This document shows, piece after piece, positions 34,583-46,711 of a DNA stretch of 64,000 bases. The DNA is from a virus (lineage: Duplodnaviria > Caudoviricetes): positions 67,961-131,960 of the IMG/VR virus record IMGVR_UViG_2901146262_000001; one strand, 5' to 3'. The stretch's first letter is position 1, and every line of letters starts with the position of its first letter. The notes beneath the pieces were generated by a model. That model made no database searches. It had not been told where the DNA came from and saw only the letters and a list, made by a program, of their open reading frames with translations. The position numbers and the translations under genes were made by a program.

Positions 34583-35176
34583 TTGAAGGTGGTGGTGAAC
34601 TTGGCAAGGCTTTATAAATGTCCGGAATGCGATGACAAAGACATTGAAGATAATATGGTCATTGATTATATTGGCAAACAAAAGAAGAGATTTCATCCAA
34701 AGTGTCATAAGAGGTTTTTAGCTGAGGCGGAATTTAAGCGGGTTGAGAAGAAGGAAATGGATGAATTGGTTGAGACAATTAAGGATATCCATGATATTAA
34801 ACTTATTCCTAATCAATTTTATTCTTTCCTTCAAGACATTCGTAATGGCAATGAGCTATTTGGCAATGTAGGAACGAAGAAGTCAAAGCAGGGTTATAGT
34901 TATGCTCATATAGCAAAAGCATACGAGAGTAATATTGATCAAATCAATTGGGCAATGAATAACAGGCAGTTTAAGAATGATTTGGTGATGTTAAAATACT
35001 CACTTGCAATTATAAAGAGTAATATCGATCAGGTAAGTAAGCATCTCGAAGAAAAGCAAGAAAGAGAGGATCGGTTTGAGAGATCTGAGGTTGATCAGGA
35101 TATTGGCCACGGTATTAGTGATGACATTAAGTACAAAGAAATTGATGACGAAATGGATATTAGCAAATTTCTGTGA
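34583..35176 (+). CDS. YorH-like replication protein (possible helicase loader/initiator; likely start TTG 34601)
   Basis: N-terminal CPEC...HPKC; directly upstream of the helicase as in SPbeta. Confidence 0.55.
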   Translation: MKVVVNLARLYKCPECDDKDIEDNMVIDYIGKQKKRFHPKCHKRFLAEAEFKRVEKKEMDELVETIKDIHDIKLIPNQFYSFLQDIRNGNELFGNVGTKKSKQGYSYAHIAKAYESNIDQINWAMNNRQFKNDLVMLKYSLAIIKSNIDQVSKHLEEKQEREDRFERSEVDQDIGHGISDDIKYKEIDDEMDISKFL

Positions 35177-35187
35177 GGTGAAGTCAT

Positions 35188-36675
35188 ATTATTAAAGAAT
35201 TTAAAGAACCATCGAGTAAGCATGAACAGCTTTTAGTTGGCTTCATGTGGAATAATCCGCAATTATATAAGCAATTTAAGAACCATAATATTATCAAAGA
35301 GACGTTTACAAGTAATAGATGGTATACGTATTATAAACTCGGAGAAGTCATGTTTAATAATGGTGTTCGAAGTTTTGATGAGGAAACTGTAGTCTCATTC
35401 TTGGACTCTAGGAAAGAAACTAGAAAATCGTGGAGTGACATGTATTATGATAACGGTGGATACGAAACTGTTGGGCTAGTAAGGGATCTATGTCATAACG
35501 AAAAGAAGAATGAAGAGTATCATCTTAGCGAAGTCCAAAAGTATGAAGCGCTACGTAAGTTCTATAATAATGGATTAATTAATGCTGAAAATAAAATGTT
35601 AGTTAAGAACTTATGTGACATGACATTGAAACAAATTCAAACATACTTCAACCATAGATTCAAAGATGCTTTTCAAAACGTAAATCATGGTCAAGTAGAA
35701 GTTGTAGACCTAATCGACAACGACATGTATGAGACTATTGATGAGATGGATAAAGGCACAGCTATGGGAATACCTTTTACTGATTGTCCTAGACTAAATA
35801 AAGTTACAAAAGGATGGCAACGAGGAAACTTAAGTATGGTCGTGATGCCTAGTGGTGTTGGTAAAAGTACGTTCGTTCGTACTATATTTATTATGACTCT
35901 TATAAACCAGAACGCAAAAGGGATTGTGTTTGTGAATGAAGAAGGGGCTAAGAGTTGGAGAATATCTATTCTAGCTGTTATTGCAAATACTGTGCTTAAG
36001 AAGAAGTTGAATAGGGATAAGATATTTGAAGGCAAATATGACGACTACACAAAGGGGACACTTAGAGAAGCAGCTGACTGGCTTATTGCCAACAGGCCAG
36101 ACATGTTAAAGCTTATCATATTGAAGAAGTATCGCTTTGAGGATATTATCAGCTATACAGAATACTATAAAGCTTTAGGCGCTACTCATATGATTATTGA
36201 CACATTCAAGCAAGACGGAGCAGAAACAGACATTGCAAGATGGGAGGCGTTATCTAACAACGCTCAGGAGCTATATGACATGGTTAAAGAAGAAAATCTG
36301 AATATGGGAGCAATAGCTACGCTTCAACTGAAAATTGGTAAAGTTTTTAGATTTCTCAATCATGATTCTGTGGGCAAATCTAAAGAGGTGGTGGAAGTAG
36401 CTGGGGTTACTATGCTAGGTAGATTACTCTTTGCGGACGAGTATGAAGGCAAAAAAAACGACATTAGTCCATTCAATTTCGTTAAGAAAAACGGAAAATG
36501 GGTCAAGGAAAAGTATCGTCTAAACGAAGACAAAGAATATGTTATATTCTATTTTGGAAAGTCTCGATTCGGGAATGTCCAACATCAAATATTGTATGAA
36601 ATTGACTATGCGTACAACACATTGAAAGAGGTAGCTTGGGCACACCATAAGCCAGATGCTCCAGTGGGTTATTAA
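35188..36675 (+). CDS. dnaB: DnaB-like replicative helicase (YorI-like), probable ATT start
   Basis: MPSGVGKST Walker A, IIDTFK Walker B, GKSRFG; RBS GAGGTG 7 nt before ATT 35188. Confidence 0.85.
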   Translation: MIKEFKEPSSKHEQLLVGFMWNNPQLYKQFKNHNIIKETFTSNRWYTYYKLGEVMFNNGVRSFDEETVVSFLDSRKETRKSWSDMYYDNGGYETVGLVRDLCHNEKKNEEYHLSEVQKYEALRKFYNNGLINAENKMLVKNLCDMTLKQIQTYFNHRFKDAFQNVNHGQVEVVDLIDNDMYETIDEMDKGTAMGIPFTDCPRLNKVTKGWQRGNLSMVVMPSGVGKSTFVRTIFIMTLINQNAKGIVFVNEEGAKSWRISILAVIANTVLKKKLNRDKIFEGKYDDYTKGTLREAADWLIANRPDMLKLIILKKYRFEDIISYTEYYKALGATHMIIDTFKQDGAETDIARWEALSNNAQELYDMVKEENLNMGAIATLQLKIGKVFRFLNHDSVGKSKEVVEVAGVTMLGRLLFADEYEGKKNDISPFNFVKKNGKWVKEKYRLNEDKEYVIFYFGKSRFGNVQHQILYEIDYAYNTLKEVAWAHHKPDAPVGY

Positions 36676-36691
36676 TGAATAGCAGGGAAGG

Positions 36692-37756
36692 ATGTCGGTG
36701 AGTGAGTTAAGAGAAATCAAAGAAGAAATATTTAACTGTGGCTATGTTCCCAAACTACTAGAAGATCTTGGTTGTGACTATGTAGAATTAAAGGGGAATA
36801 GGTTTGAAGCTATGCTTCCACCTCAGTTTAACTCGGACAACAAGCGTAGTGTACAGGTTTATAATGATGAGAAGTTAACGTCTGCTGTAAGAAGTAGAAA
36901 TATTAAAGGCGACATATTCACTTTAGTGGCTTATCTTATGACAGAAGAAACTGATGAAGAGTATTTAAATAAGCAGTTGTATAAGACAAAGAGTAAAATC
37001 ATTGATGTTCTAGGTATGCATGAGTTCGCCAATAGGCAGTCTGTCCCGAAAAATGATCCAAATAGTTGGCTCAAACAGATAAAGGCGAAGCAGAATAAAC
37101 GGATTATATTGTCTGAATTGGATCATAATCCAGTATTCCCTGAATCGGTATTAGATGGATTTGTAAGACACCCTCATATTAAGTTTTTAAAAGATGGAAT
37201 AGATGTGCAGGTACAAAAAGAGTTTGATGTGGGATTTGATATTTCGACTGAAAGGGTAACATTCCCTATCAGAAACGTAGACGGGGGTATCGTTGGAGTA
37301 AAGGGCAGAAGAACTAAAAAGGATGATGATTCAAAATATCTTTTCTTGTATCCATTCAAGAAGGCTCAGGAGCTGTTCAATTATCATAGAGCAGTGGAAC
37401 ATGTGAAAGAACAAAATGAACTTCTGATTTTTGAAGGCGAGAAAAGTGTAATGAGGGCATATTCATATGATTACTTTAATTGTATGTCAACTATGGGTGC
37501 TGAAATTACGAGAATACAAGTAGAAATGATATATAGAATTAATCCTAATTTAAAAGTTGTACTTATGCTGGACAAAGACAAGGAAATCGACGACATAAAG
37601 AAAATAGCAAGTGTATTTAAAGAGAGATTTGATAAAGTTTGGGGAATGTTGGATCGAGATGATTTATTAAACGGCAAGGATTCACCTGTAGACTTGGGTA
37701 AGGACACCTTTGATCGACTATACACAAATAATATTTATCCAATCAGACTAAATTAA
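36692..37756 (+). CDS. dnaG: DNA primase (TOPRIM, YorJ-like)
   Basis: RVTFPIRN, GVKGR, LFNY, IFEGEKS, LDKD motifs. Confidence 0.88.
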   Translation: MSVSELREIKEEIFNCGYVPKLLEDLGCDYVELKGNRFEAMLPPQFNSDNKRSVQVYNDEKLTSAVRSRNIKGDIFTLVAYLMTEETDEEYLNKQLYKTKSKIIDVLGMHEFANRQSVPKNDPNSWLKQIKAKQNKRIILSELDHNPVFPESVLDGFVRHPHIKFLKDGIDVQVQKEFDVGFDISTERVTFPIRNVDGGIVGVKGRRTKKDDDSKYLFLYPFKKAQELFNYHRAVEHVKEQNELLIFEGEKSVMRAYSYDYFNCMSTMGAEITRIQVEMIYRINPNLKVVLMLDKDKEIDDIKKIASVFKERFDKVWGMLDRDDLLNGKDSPVDLGKDTFDRLYTNNIYPIRLN

Positions 37757-37816
37757 TGCTTGTATTAAGTAACATTATAGTATATAATAAACATATTGAA
37801 GAAAAGGGAGTAGATT

Positions 37817-38529
37817 ATCATATTAGAATCATACAGATTTTTAACAACATCAGGGTATATGAATGAGGCAGAACTGGAAAGACATGAAGTAGTTGCGTTG
37901 CTAGTGCGTAACGGGGACAAAGTAATTCGTACATATAGAAAACTAAAAGAAGAGTGGGTTGAATTAGTTGACTTTAAGAACCTTATTGATTGATTTGCCA
38001 GAGTACATGAATGAAAACATAAACACACGTTATTTATTACAACAGAAGGTATTTGAATTTGTTGATATGAGACCAATCAAATACATTAAAGACTATAAGG
38101 TGTTATATAGATCAGATAAAAATACAGCTGTACACATTGAGAAATTAATTAAAGATTGGGACTTAGAATACGAGGCATGGATTCCAGTATATGACAGTAA
38201 TAAAGCAAGAGTAGATTGTATTAAATCAATGAGTATCAAAGCAGATGAAGCTTTAATCTTTTATAGCAACAAAAGGAAAGACGAAGATATTGGCAATAAA
38301 ATTATGTTAGATCAATGTGTTAACAGTTTTAATACATACTTGAAAATTTGCAGATTAGATTTAGGAAATAAGATTAATTAAGGAGGTGGAAATTATAAAC
38401 CAACTAGCGCAAGTAGTTGCTTATGCACCAATAATTGCTATGTATCTTATATTTTTATTCTTTCCTGATAGTAAATTGGGGAGCAAATGGGTAGCAAAGA
38501 TTTATCTAAAATTAGAAAATCATTTGTAA
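37817..38529 (+). other. Three small hypothetical genes (37817-37993 with ATC start, 37968-38381, ~38395-38529 with ATA start)
   Basis: Open frames; RBS before the first and third. Confidence 0.5.
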
Positions 38530-38561
38530 GGATTATAAACAATAAAAAGGGAGATATTTAA

Positions 38562-38999
38562 ATGACAAAAACACCTACGCAGAAACAATATGAAGACGCG
38601 CTGGAAGTCGTACAACAGTATGAGAATCGTCAAAAGGATTTGGCTAAATTGAATAACGACTTAGGTTACTGTTTGCAGTAGTTTAATCAGGTTAAATTTG
38701 ATGTAAGTGAAGATAAGAAAGAAGTGACTTTTACTGGTGTAACTAAGGCTGGAAAATTGAAATTAACTAAATCGATTGCTAGATCGGGAGATAAATTCGA
38801 ACCCGTCATTGGCAAGTTGATCTGTGTTAAGAAGGCACTAAATGAGGATGTAGAATATATTGATAAGTTTGTTGAGCGAGTTGAGAACACTGTTTGGGTA
38901 TGCAATTCACATAACACACTCCCAACAGAAGTTCAGACCGATGATATTTGGAATAATATGATTAAAAAAAGTAGAAGAAGAGGTCTGGTTATAGATTAA
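38562..38999 (+). pseudogene. Hypothetical gene with in-frame TAG at 38679-38681 (pseudogene or read-through)
   Basis: Strong RBS and ATG 38562; frame stays open after TAG into the 38724-38999 ORF. Confidence 0.7.
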
Positions 39000-39301
39000 A
39001 AGACATCATTTATTGAAAATAGGGTGATTGAAAATTGATAGTAATTAAAAACACTGATAACTATGTAGAAAAGGAAGCAAATATGTTTGGAGATTGCGAG
39101 GAGACGCTAAAGTTAATGTCAGAAGGTCGTATTTTTAATATCGAATATCACAAAGAAGATGGAAGTTTTCACATCTATGAAAAGTGTGATGAATACTTTG
39201 GTGAAAAGTTAACTTTAAAAATGTGTATTGATTTATCTGAGCTGTTTTCAAAGATTGCAGAGAAAATAGAATAAAAATGAAGATAAATGGAGGTATGTCT
39301 A

Positions 39302-40162
39302 ATGAAAAAGTATTCAAAGATTGTAAGACATGGGAAAAGCAGCACACACTTAACCATCGAAGGCAATCCAGAGATTGTAGTGATGGAGAAGTTTGATGGA
39401 GCCAATGCCAGCTTTAAACTTGAAGATGGCACAGTTAAAAGTTTTAGCAGAAACAAAGAGTTGGATGAAAATGATAACTTGAGAGGGTTTCGTGAATGGG
39501 TGCAAGATAATGTAGAGACGAATAGGATATTGAGTGAATATATCTATTACGGAGAGTGGCTGGTAAGACATAAGTTGGACTATGGAGATAACGAAAGACA
39601 ATTTTATTTATTTGATATCTATGACGAGAGAAGTGAAGAATATCTTCCAATTCATGTCATTAAAGCAGAGTCTAAAAGATTGGGGTTGAATCTTGCCCCA
39701 GTGTTTTACGAAGGAGAATTTCAATCATTAGACCATATTAATTCATTTGTTGGAGAATCTAAATTAGGCGACATTGGAGAAGGTGTGGTGGTTAAGAATT
39801 ACAACTACAAAGATAAGTTTGGTGATCAAGTTTTCACTAAGATCGTATCTGATCAATTTGCAGAAAAAGCTCAGACAAAGAAACAAAAACTTCCACAAAA
39901 CACAAACGAGTTAGATGATTTCGTTGATACATATTTGACCAAACCTAGAGTAGAGAAAATGTTGCATAAGCTTGTCGATGAGGGAATATTAGATGAAGAA
40001 TACGATATTTCAGATACGGGAGTCATTTTAAAGAATAGTGGCAGTAGAATCATAGATGATATTCTTGAGGAAGAATCTGATTCACTAATAAAAATTGTTA
40101 AGAAGAAAATTGGTAAGAAATATCCATCAGTGGTTAAAGAAGTGATTTTAGAAACTAGATAA
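39302..40162 (+). CDS. RNA ligase, Rnl2 family
   Basis: EKFDGANAS (motif I), YGEW, FYLFDI, EGVVVK, TKIVS. Confidence 0.85.
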   Translation: MKKYSKIVRHGKSSTHLTIEGNPEIVVMEKFDGANASFKLEDGTVKSFSRNKELDENDNLRGFREWVQDNVETNRILSEYIYYGEWLVRHKLDYGDNERQFYLFDIYDERSEEYLPIHVIKAESKRLGLNLAPVFYEGEFQSLDHINSFVGESKLGDIGEGVVVKNYNYKDKFGDQVFTKIVSDQFAEKAQTKKQKLPQNTNELDDFVDTYLTKPRVEKMLHKLVDEGILDEEYDISDTGVILKNSGSRIIDDILEEESDSLIKIVKKKIGKKYPSVVKEVILETR

Positions 40163-40242
40163 TTGAGTAATATTATAATACATAGCAATAAAAAGTATGT
40201 TTTATATGTAAATCAATAAGTCTAATAAGGAGGAGAGCAAAT

Positions 40243-40389
40243 TTGAATAAAGAAAGTAAAACAAGAATCGTAAGTATACATGTAGGAGAAGCACTTAAAT
40301 AGATTGAGGAAAGATATGGTGAAGAAATTAAATGCTATGCAGGTGTAAGTGAAGTAGATGGAAAAATGGAAATTAAAATAGAGGATTAA
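40243..40389 (+). pseudogene. 48-codon gene with in-frame TAG at 40300-40302
   Basis: RBS AAGGAGG, TTG start, EALK*IEERYGEE..., ends TAA before the next junction motif. Confidence 0.55.
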
Positions 40390-40405
40390 TAAGAAATATA
40401 ATTTA

Positions 40406-43400
40406 ATGGAGGGGAAGCAAGTGTACTCACTTGGTAAAAACCACGAAAAAATCTGGAAGATATGCGTGGAAGGATTGTCCGCCAATCCAAATGACGAACT
40501 GTTGCTTAATGTATCACAAGTTTTAAGAGACTACGACAAGAAATATGGTATTGGTTATAGAATTACACAAGGAACTATTGATGCAAGCAAAATAAATATA
40601 ATTTAATGGAGGAATCATAAATGAATAATGCAATGATTGCTTATCTTAAAGAATTGAATAAGAGTGTCACTAGATCGGATGAAGTTGTAACGCGATTATA
40701 CTACGGAGACAGTGAGTACGTAGAAGACTTCTCTTATTTTGCAAATGAAGATTATATGTCTAAGGGTTTACTTGAAGCAATCAAAAACAAGACAACATTA
40801 ACAGATAAACAGAGTATGGAATTGCAATATTTTGTTCAGGAAGATGTGATCAGCTAAGTTAAAAGTTCAATTTTAATGGAGAGGAGGCGAACAAACAATG
40901 AAAAATGACATAGTAAGTGCCGTCAACAGATACAAGCGCCAACTAGATAAAGAGTCTAATATTTTGATTATGGGTATGGATAATCCAGAGCTAATACTAA
41001 CTGATGTATTCTTAAGTGAAAGCAAACATCAACCTTATTATAATCACGCAACAAGAGCTATAGATAAAGCTGGAATATCCCACCATCAACTACAAGAAGA
41101 GTTGTTTAATAGAGTAAAGGAGTACTTTACGCAATTTGATCCCGAGGTGGATTTGGAACTGGCTTATAAAAATTCATATCCAGCTAGTGTAACGGTTGAA
41201 TATAGAGGTTATGGACTACTTTATTTTAGCTTTTATTATCACACATATAGGGATATACGAAGATCAAATCAGAATACATATGTTCCTCAAGAGATTGAAA
41301 AAATCCAGTCTCAAATATTAGATAAAGAAGAGAAAATTGAAGAATATAGGCAATTTGAGCAAAACTTTCTGAGAATGTTACACCCTAAAAATTACCGATC
41401 AAATGGTATGAAATTGGCTTGGCTAATAACAAGAGACGCATTTTCAATCTTAAAGCTCGGAAGAAAGAAAGTTAAATCAAACATTGAAAAATACATTAAT
41501 GATCGCAACAATGAAATAGCAAGATTAAAAAATGATATACAAAGAAGCTATAAAGGTCTTGCAGAGTACAACAAGGTTAAGGTTGGTCTAGACGAAAAGT
41601 TCGAGAAATGGTCAGGAAAATTTACTGAATTAGGGTATGAAAAGGAAGAATTATAATAAAATTTAACTTTATTGAAAAGGAGATGAATGATTTGGGGATA
41701 GATACTATGACCTTAGCAAAGACTCTCTTCTCGTGGAATTTGATTGAAGAGGTTAGCAGGGAAGATGACAGATTGAAGGTAAGATGTACTGATGTGGATT
41801 TAGCTGATCCAGATGATGATTATACTGGAATGATTAGATATTTCATTGACAACGATTATATTGAAGCAACAGAGGACAGTTCTATTTATGTAATAACCGA
41901 ATGGTTTTTTAACATAGCCAAAGAATACACCGAAAGAACAAAGTAGAAATGAAACTTCGAATTTATACGAAAAGGATGTAGGAAACTTATGAAGGATCTT
42001 ATGACGGTATTGCTACGCTGGTTTATCCCAATTACTTTGTACTACATAGCTTTTGGGTTGATGGACAATACTGGCTGGGAGTCGTTGCTAATTGGATTGT
42101 TATTTGCAGGCGGTGTGTTGATTAACGTTTTAAGCCACACCAATAAGAATTAAAGTTTCGATTTAAAATGAAAGGAGATCGACGAAAATGACCAAACAAA
42201 CATTTTACACAAGTGAATCAGGAAGAGAGCGCTTTTGTAATGGCGAGGTGTTCCCAGCTTCTGATAACAAAAGGGGCGAATTTACAATTGAGTTTACTGT
42301 TTCGCCAGACGAGGTTGTCGATAGAATGGGAAGTCTCGTAATGATTGATACAGGAAGTCAGGCGGATTTATAGAATGGGGGATAATAGATGGTTATAGCA
42401 GCATGGATACTATTAATTTTATGTATACTGGCGGTTTTAGGTAGCGATCTAAAAACTAACTTTGGTGGAATCCTTGTATTCTTTGGATTGTTAGCACTGA
42501 TATTTCTATCAGCCACAATTATATGGGAAGACTTGCATTCAGTAAAAGAGTTGTGGCAATTGTTCTAGGAGGTGGAGAATATTAAACTGTCAGGCTACAT
42601 ATCTAAATTGCAAAAGATCATAGAGGAGCATGGAGACATAGATTGTGTAGAGTGGATAGATTATGATTATTGGGACGATGCGTCTGAAGGTTGGTTTGAG
42701 CCATACAGCGATGATCCAATAGAGTTTGTGTCTGACTTTGCTTATTCGTACACTGACACGAATGGAAATAAACAATACACGAACGTCAATTCAAGTGGTT
42801 ATATAGATGGACAGCGAGAGACTGTATTTGTAGTAAAAGAACTTTGAATAAATTGATGATTTTATAGAATTGGGTAATTAATATTATAACAATCAAAAAG
42901 GGGGAAATAAAAATGGATGATAACAAAATTGAGCAACTGCAATTGAAAGTTAAAGGGCTTGAGGGTGAAATGGATAACTTATATACATGGATAGACAAGA
43001 CAACAAGTGAGTTAGTGATATTGACTGAAACAGTAGGACAAAAAGCAGATAAATTAGATGTGGGTAGCATTTTTTCAGAAATAGATAAACAACAAGCAAA
43101 AAAGAGGGTTAAAATGACTGAAATAGAAAAAACAAATATATTAAAACAACAAAACATAAACAAAATTGCAGAAGGTGTTTTGGGATATACATGGGATGAA
43201 GATAAAGAAATATGGAAACATTCTACAGGATGGACTAATTTCTTTAATCCATTTGATGCGAACGATGATTGTGAAAAGGTTAAAGAAAAGCTCAGAGAAG
43301 ACGGCTGGCTTATTACCATTCAAGATAAAGTTGATTATTTAGGTGACTATATTTCATCGGGAAAGTTATTTCATAAAAGCTTTAAGACTACAGACACTCA

Positions 43401-45037
43401 TTATACGGAGGCTTTAAATGATCGTTACACAGTATGTTATTTAGCACTAAAAGCATATAAAGTTAAATAATATTATATTAAATATATAAAAGGAGTGAAG
43501 CCATGTATAAGACAAAGACTTTTCCTTACAGCATAAATTATCAACAATGGCTTGAACATATTCAATGTGTCACACCTATTGAAATTGCATCGGTAGTAAA
43601 GTTTGATGACGGAGTATTAGTTACATATAAACAATTAGACTAAAAGCGCTCTTTTAATTAGAAGCGGAGGTGAAAAAATGGAAAAAATGATGTTTCACTG
43701 GGAAGATAACAATGGAAATACGGGCAAATTCAAAGTCTCATCTTTTTCGGTTGAAGATTGCATTAAGACTGCCAATACAGAAGTAGGCAGTAAGGCAGAA
43801 ATAATAGATTATTATTCTATATAAAACATAGTTTATAAAGGAGTCAGTAAAATAATGCCAGAAAAAGAAAATAAGTCACCTTTATTAGAGTTATATGGCG
43901 ATAATGCGTTTGATTTAGCGCTTGAAGAAATCAACAAGTTAAAAAGAAATTCAAACATACCGTTTGACACTGAATACGTAACATTAGGCATATCCTTTAT
44001 AGCACTGAAGGCTAGTGAGATATTTGAAGAAAAGAAATCACGTTGCAGTTTAACAAGTTTAGTAAGTGAAAGCTTTGGCGAAGCAGCAATTTGTACATAC
44101 AATTAAGTTAAAAACCAGAATTTATTGGAAGGAGTGAAGACAATCAGACTATCGTCAGAAAAAAGAGTACTAGAGTATAAATATGATAATGAGACAGAAA
44201 TGGAGTTTCACGAACATGCAATGAAGCAGGAAGGCTGGATGGTTACGTCTAGAAATAATATGTTTAGGGGAAAATATTGGCGACAATATTCACAAGAAGT
44301 GCGACAAGGAGCATTTTTGTAGTTGGATACAAGTATAAGGAGTGAATGAATGTCCTATAGACGACCTATGATGGGTGAGTATGTAAATGTTGTAGACAAT
44401 GAAACTATGCACTCAGTTGGCAAGGGTAAGCTAATTCATTTTACAAGAGAACAGATAGTAATTGTGCATCTGAACAGAGGTTATAAGATGATGTTCGATG
44501 CAAGGGTGAATCATTTTGAAGGATATGAGCCACCTGTCATGTTAATTAAGAAGAAGGAAAATTAGTAAAAAAGGAGGAGATACAATGATAGAGACGATGA
44601 GTTTAACAGGTGGACTTGATATATATTCATTCGGAGAGAGGTATCAGTCAGACAAATCACCCCAAGGAAGAAAGGTGCGCTTTCGAAATAAAGGTGGATG
44701 GGAATCGGATACAGAGTATGCTCACAAGTATCTCATCAATGAGGGTGACATATTAACAGTTGAAGAGATTTATGTAGGTAGAAGTAGCTCTGAAGCAGAA
44801 TTTAAAGAGCATCCGAATATTACATTTAATACAGTGATGTTTGAAGATGTATCTGAAATGCCATTAGGATTTATAAGTGCAAAAATGGATACCACAAATT
44901 ATCGAAAAGGAAAGGTCGAAAATCAGATACAGTTCCAAGATACAACTATTGAAGCCGATGATTTTGGAAGAGTTCTTATCAACGGTAAGCAAGTCCGAGA
45001 TGTGGATGACGCACAGGAAATGTTTAATGAGGAATAG
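40406..45037 (+). other. Cluster of small hypothetical phage genes
   Basis: Co-oriented ORFs with RBS, many separated by TAAAA-N6-TTTTA variants. Confidence 0.7.
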
Positions 45038-45119
45038 ATGATGAGTAAAAATATCAAATTTTATATAGATAGACAATGATATATAGAGGGTAGTGACCAA
45101 TCACTAGAGGAGAATATTA

Positions 45120-46184
45120 ATGAATACATATGAAGGATTAATTAATGATATTGAGGTTATTTTTGACAAGTTGGATGTAAATAAAAATACTGGTAGGGAA
45201 TTCTTAGAGTTGGCTAAGACATTGGAGCTGACATATGGATTATTAAATCAAGTTGATCTTCCTTCACGCTTGGTGCATCAAAACAGGTTGTCGGCAATGA
45301 AGCGCACTTTGAAATGCCAAATAAACGATGTCAACAAAGTAAAGACAAAATTTCTAGAGAAAGGCAACCAGAGACAGTATTATGATATTTTGCTAGGATT
45401 TGAAAAACTGGTGAAGATTAATCAAAATATAGAGACTAGCATAAAACAACAAAGTATTCTGCCGCGATGGGATGAAGTCATAAATCAAAAAGCAGATAAA
45501 AATATAGAGCTTATTGAAAAAACAACTAAAGAGTCCGGTCAAACTATTGGCAATGCGTTAAAAACAATTTACTCAAGAATTAAAACTGTAGACACTGCAG
45601 TGGATGGATTGCTAGAAGTCGGCATTGATGTAAAAGATAAGACTGTTGATCAAATATTGAGTGAGCTTGCTGTCAAATGGAATCAGTTAGATGACGACAT
45701 GAAAAATAAACTGTCAGTTAAGATTGCTGGTCACTATCAGTTGTCAAGGTTCAAAGTTTTACTGGATTCACTAGGTGATGGAGATCGTCAAATTGTTAAC
45801 GGAAAACTGAGTGCAGGTGAAATAATAGTTCCGAAAGAGAGTGTGTGGCAGACTATCAAGTCTGACGAGAATAGTGGCAACCTAGAAGTGTTCATTAATG
45901 GAAAGATGGTTTTATCAATCCATGCCAAGAATTTAGACGCTTTGGGTAATGAAGAGATCAAAATTGATTGGAAGAGCGTTATTAAAACAGCTAAAAAACG
46001 AGAGTTCAAAGACCAACTAGCAGAGATTAACTCCGATTTAGAAAAGCAAAGATACATTCAGAGAAGCTGCAAACTTCACACCAGAGAATACCGTGAATCA
46101 TTGGAAAAAGAAATTGAATTGCTAAAGAAAAAGAAAGAATTGACACAGAAACAACAAGAAGACCTGTTACGAGATAATGAATAA
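45120..46184 (+). CDS. Protein containing tail tape-measure-like segments
   Basis: KESGQTIGNALKTIYSRI...LAVKWNQL...IAGHYQLSRF resembles the TP901-family core of SPbeta YomI (recall). Confidence 0.65.
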   Translation: MNTYEGLINDIEVIFDKLDVNKNTGREFLELAKTLELTYGLLNQVDLPSRLVHQNRLSAMKRTLKCQINDVNKVKTKFLEKGNQRQYYDILLGFEKLVKINQNIETSIKQQSILPRWDEVINQKADKNIELIEKTTKESGQTIGNALKTIYSRIKTVDTAVDGLLEVGIDVKDKTVDQILSELAVKWNQLDDDMKNKLSVKIAGHYQLSRFKVLLDSLGDGDRQIVNGKLSAGEIIVPKESVWQTIKSDENSGNLEVFINGKMVLSIHAKNLDALGNEEIKIDWKSVIKTAKKREFKDQLAEINSDLEKQRYIQRSCKLHTREYRESLEKEIELLKKKKELTQKQQEDLLRDNE

Positions 46185-46208
46185 TTAATATTACATAATC
46201 AATTATCT

Positions 46209-46303
46209 AAAAAGATTGTGAAATACAACACGTCTAAAACACCCATACATCAACATTTTAATTTTAGATTCACAATCTTTTTTCAGATAAAAGTCGAGTT
46301 TTA
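46209..46303. repeat. ~95-bp inverted-repeat element, copy 2
   Basis: Perfect 14-bp inverted repeat AAAAAGATTGTGAA-46 nt-TTCACAATCTTTTT, 5 nt, then TAAAAGTCGAGTTTTA. Confidence 0.85.
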
Positions 46304-46304
46304 A

Positions 46305-46691
46305 TTGGAGGTGGGTAGTATCACATACAATAAAAGGAAAGTGCCTTCATATTGTGACAGCTGTGGCAGCAAGGCACACATATACGATGGAATATGTCTG
46401 GCTTGCGGAGAGATAAGGAATAAAAGGGGCTTCAAAGATCCAAATCATTCGGATACGATTCAAGTAAAGCCTAAACTCGGAAAATCATTGGTGTCAATTG
46501 ATGCTAGCAATCAACTAGTAAAAGCACATTTGAGCGATTTAGGAATCGTCACTACGGATAGCCAAGGACACGCTAAAGGTTTTATAGAAGTTCTGAGTAA
46601 CATACGGAAAGTTTGGGATCAGCTAGATGATTCTGAACAATTTATGTTATTGAACTCAATGGGTCTAATTAACAAGAAATACAAATCTTAA
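46305..46691 (+). CDS. Zinc ribbon fused to a tape-measure-like segment (likely start ATC 46320)
   Basis: CDSC/CLAC; [37 protein letters not shown]. Confidence 0.5.
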   Translation: MEVGSITYNKRKVPSYCDSCGSKAHIYDGICLACGEIRNKRGFKDPNHSDTIQVKPKLGKSLVSIDASNQLVKAHLSDLGIVTTDSQGHAKGFIEVLSNIRKVWDQLDDSEQFMLLNSMGLINKKYKS

Positions 46692-46711
46692 AACAAAATG
46701 GAGGAACAGCA

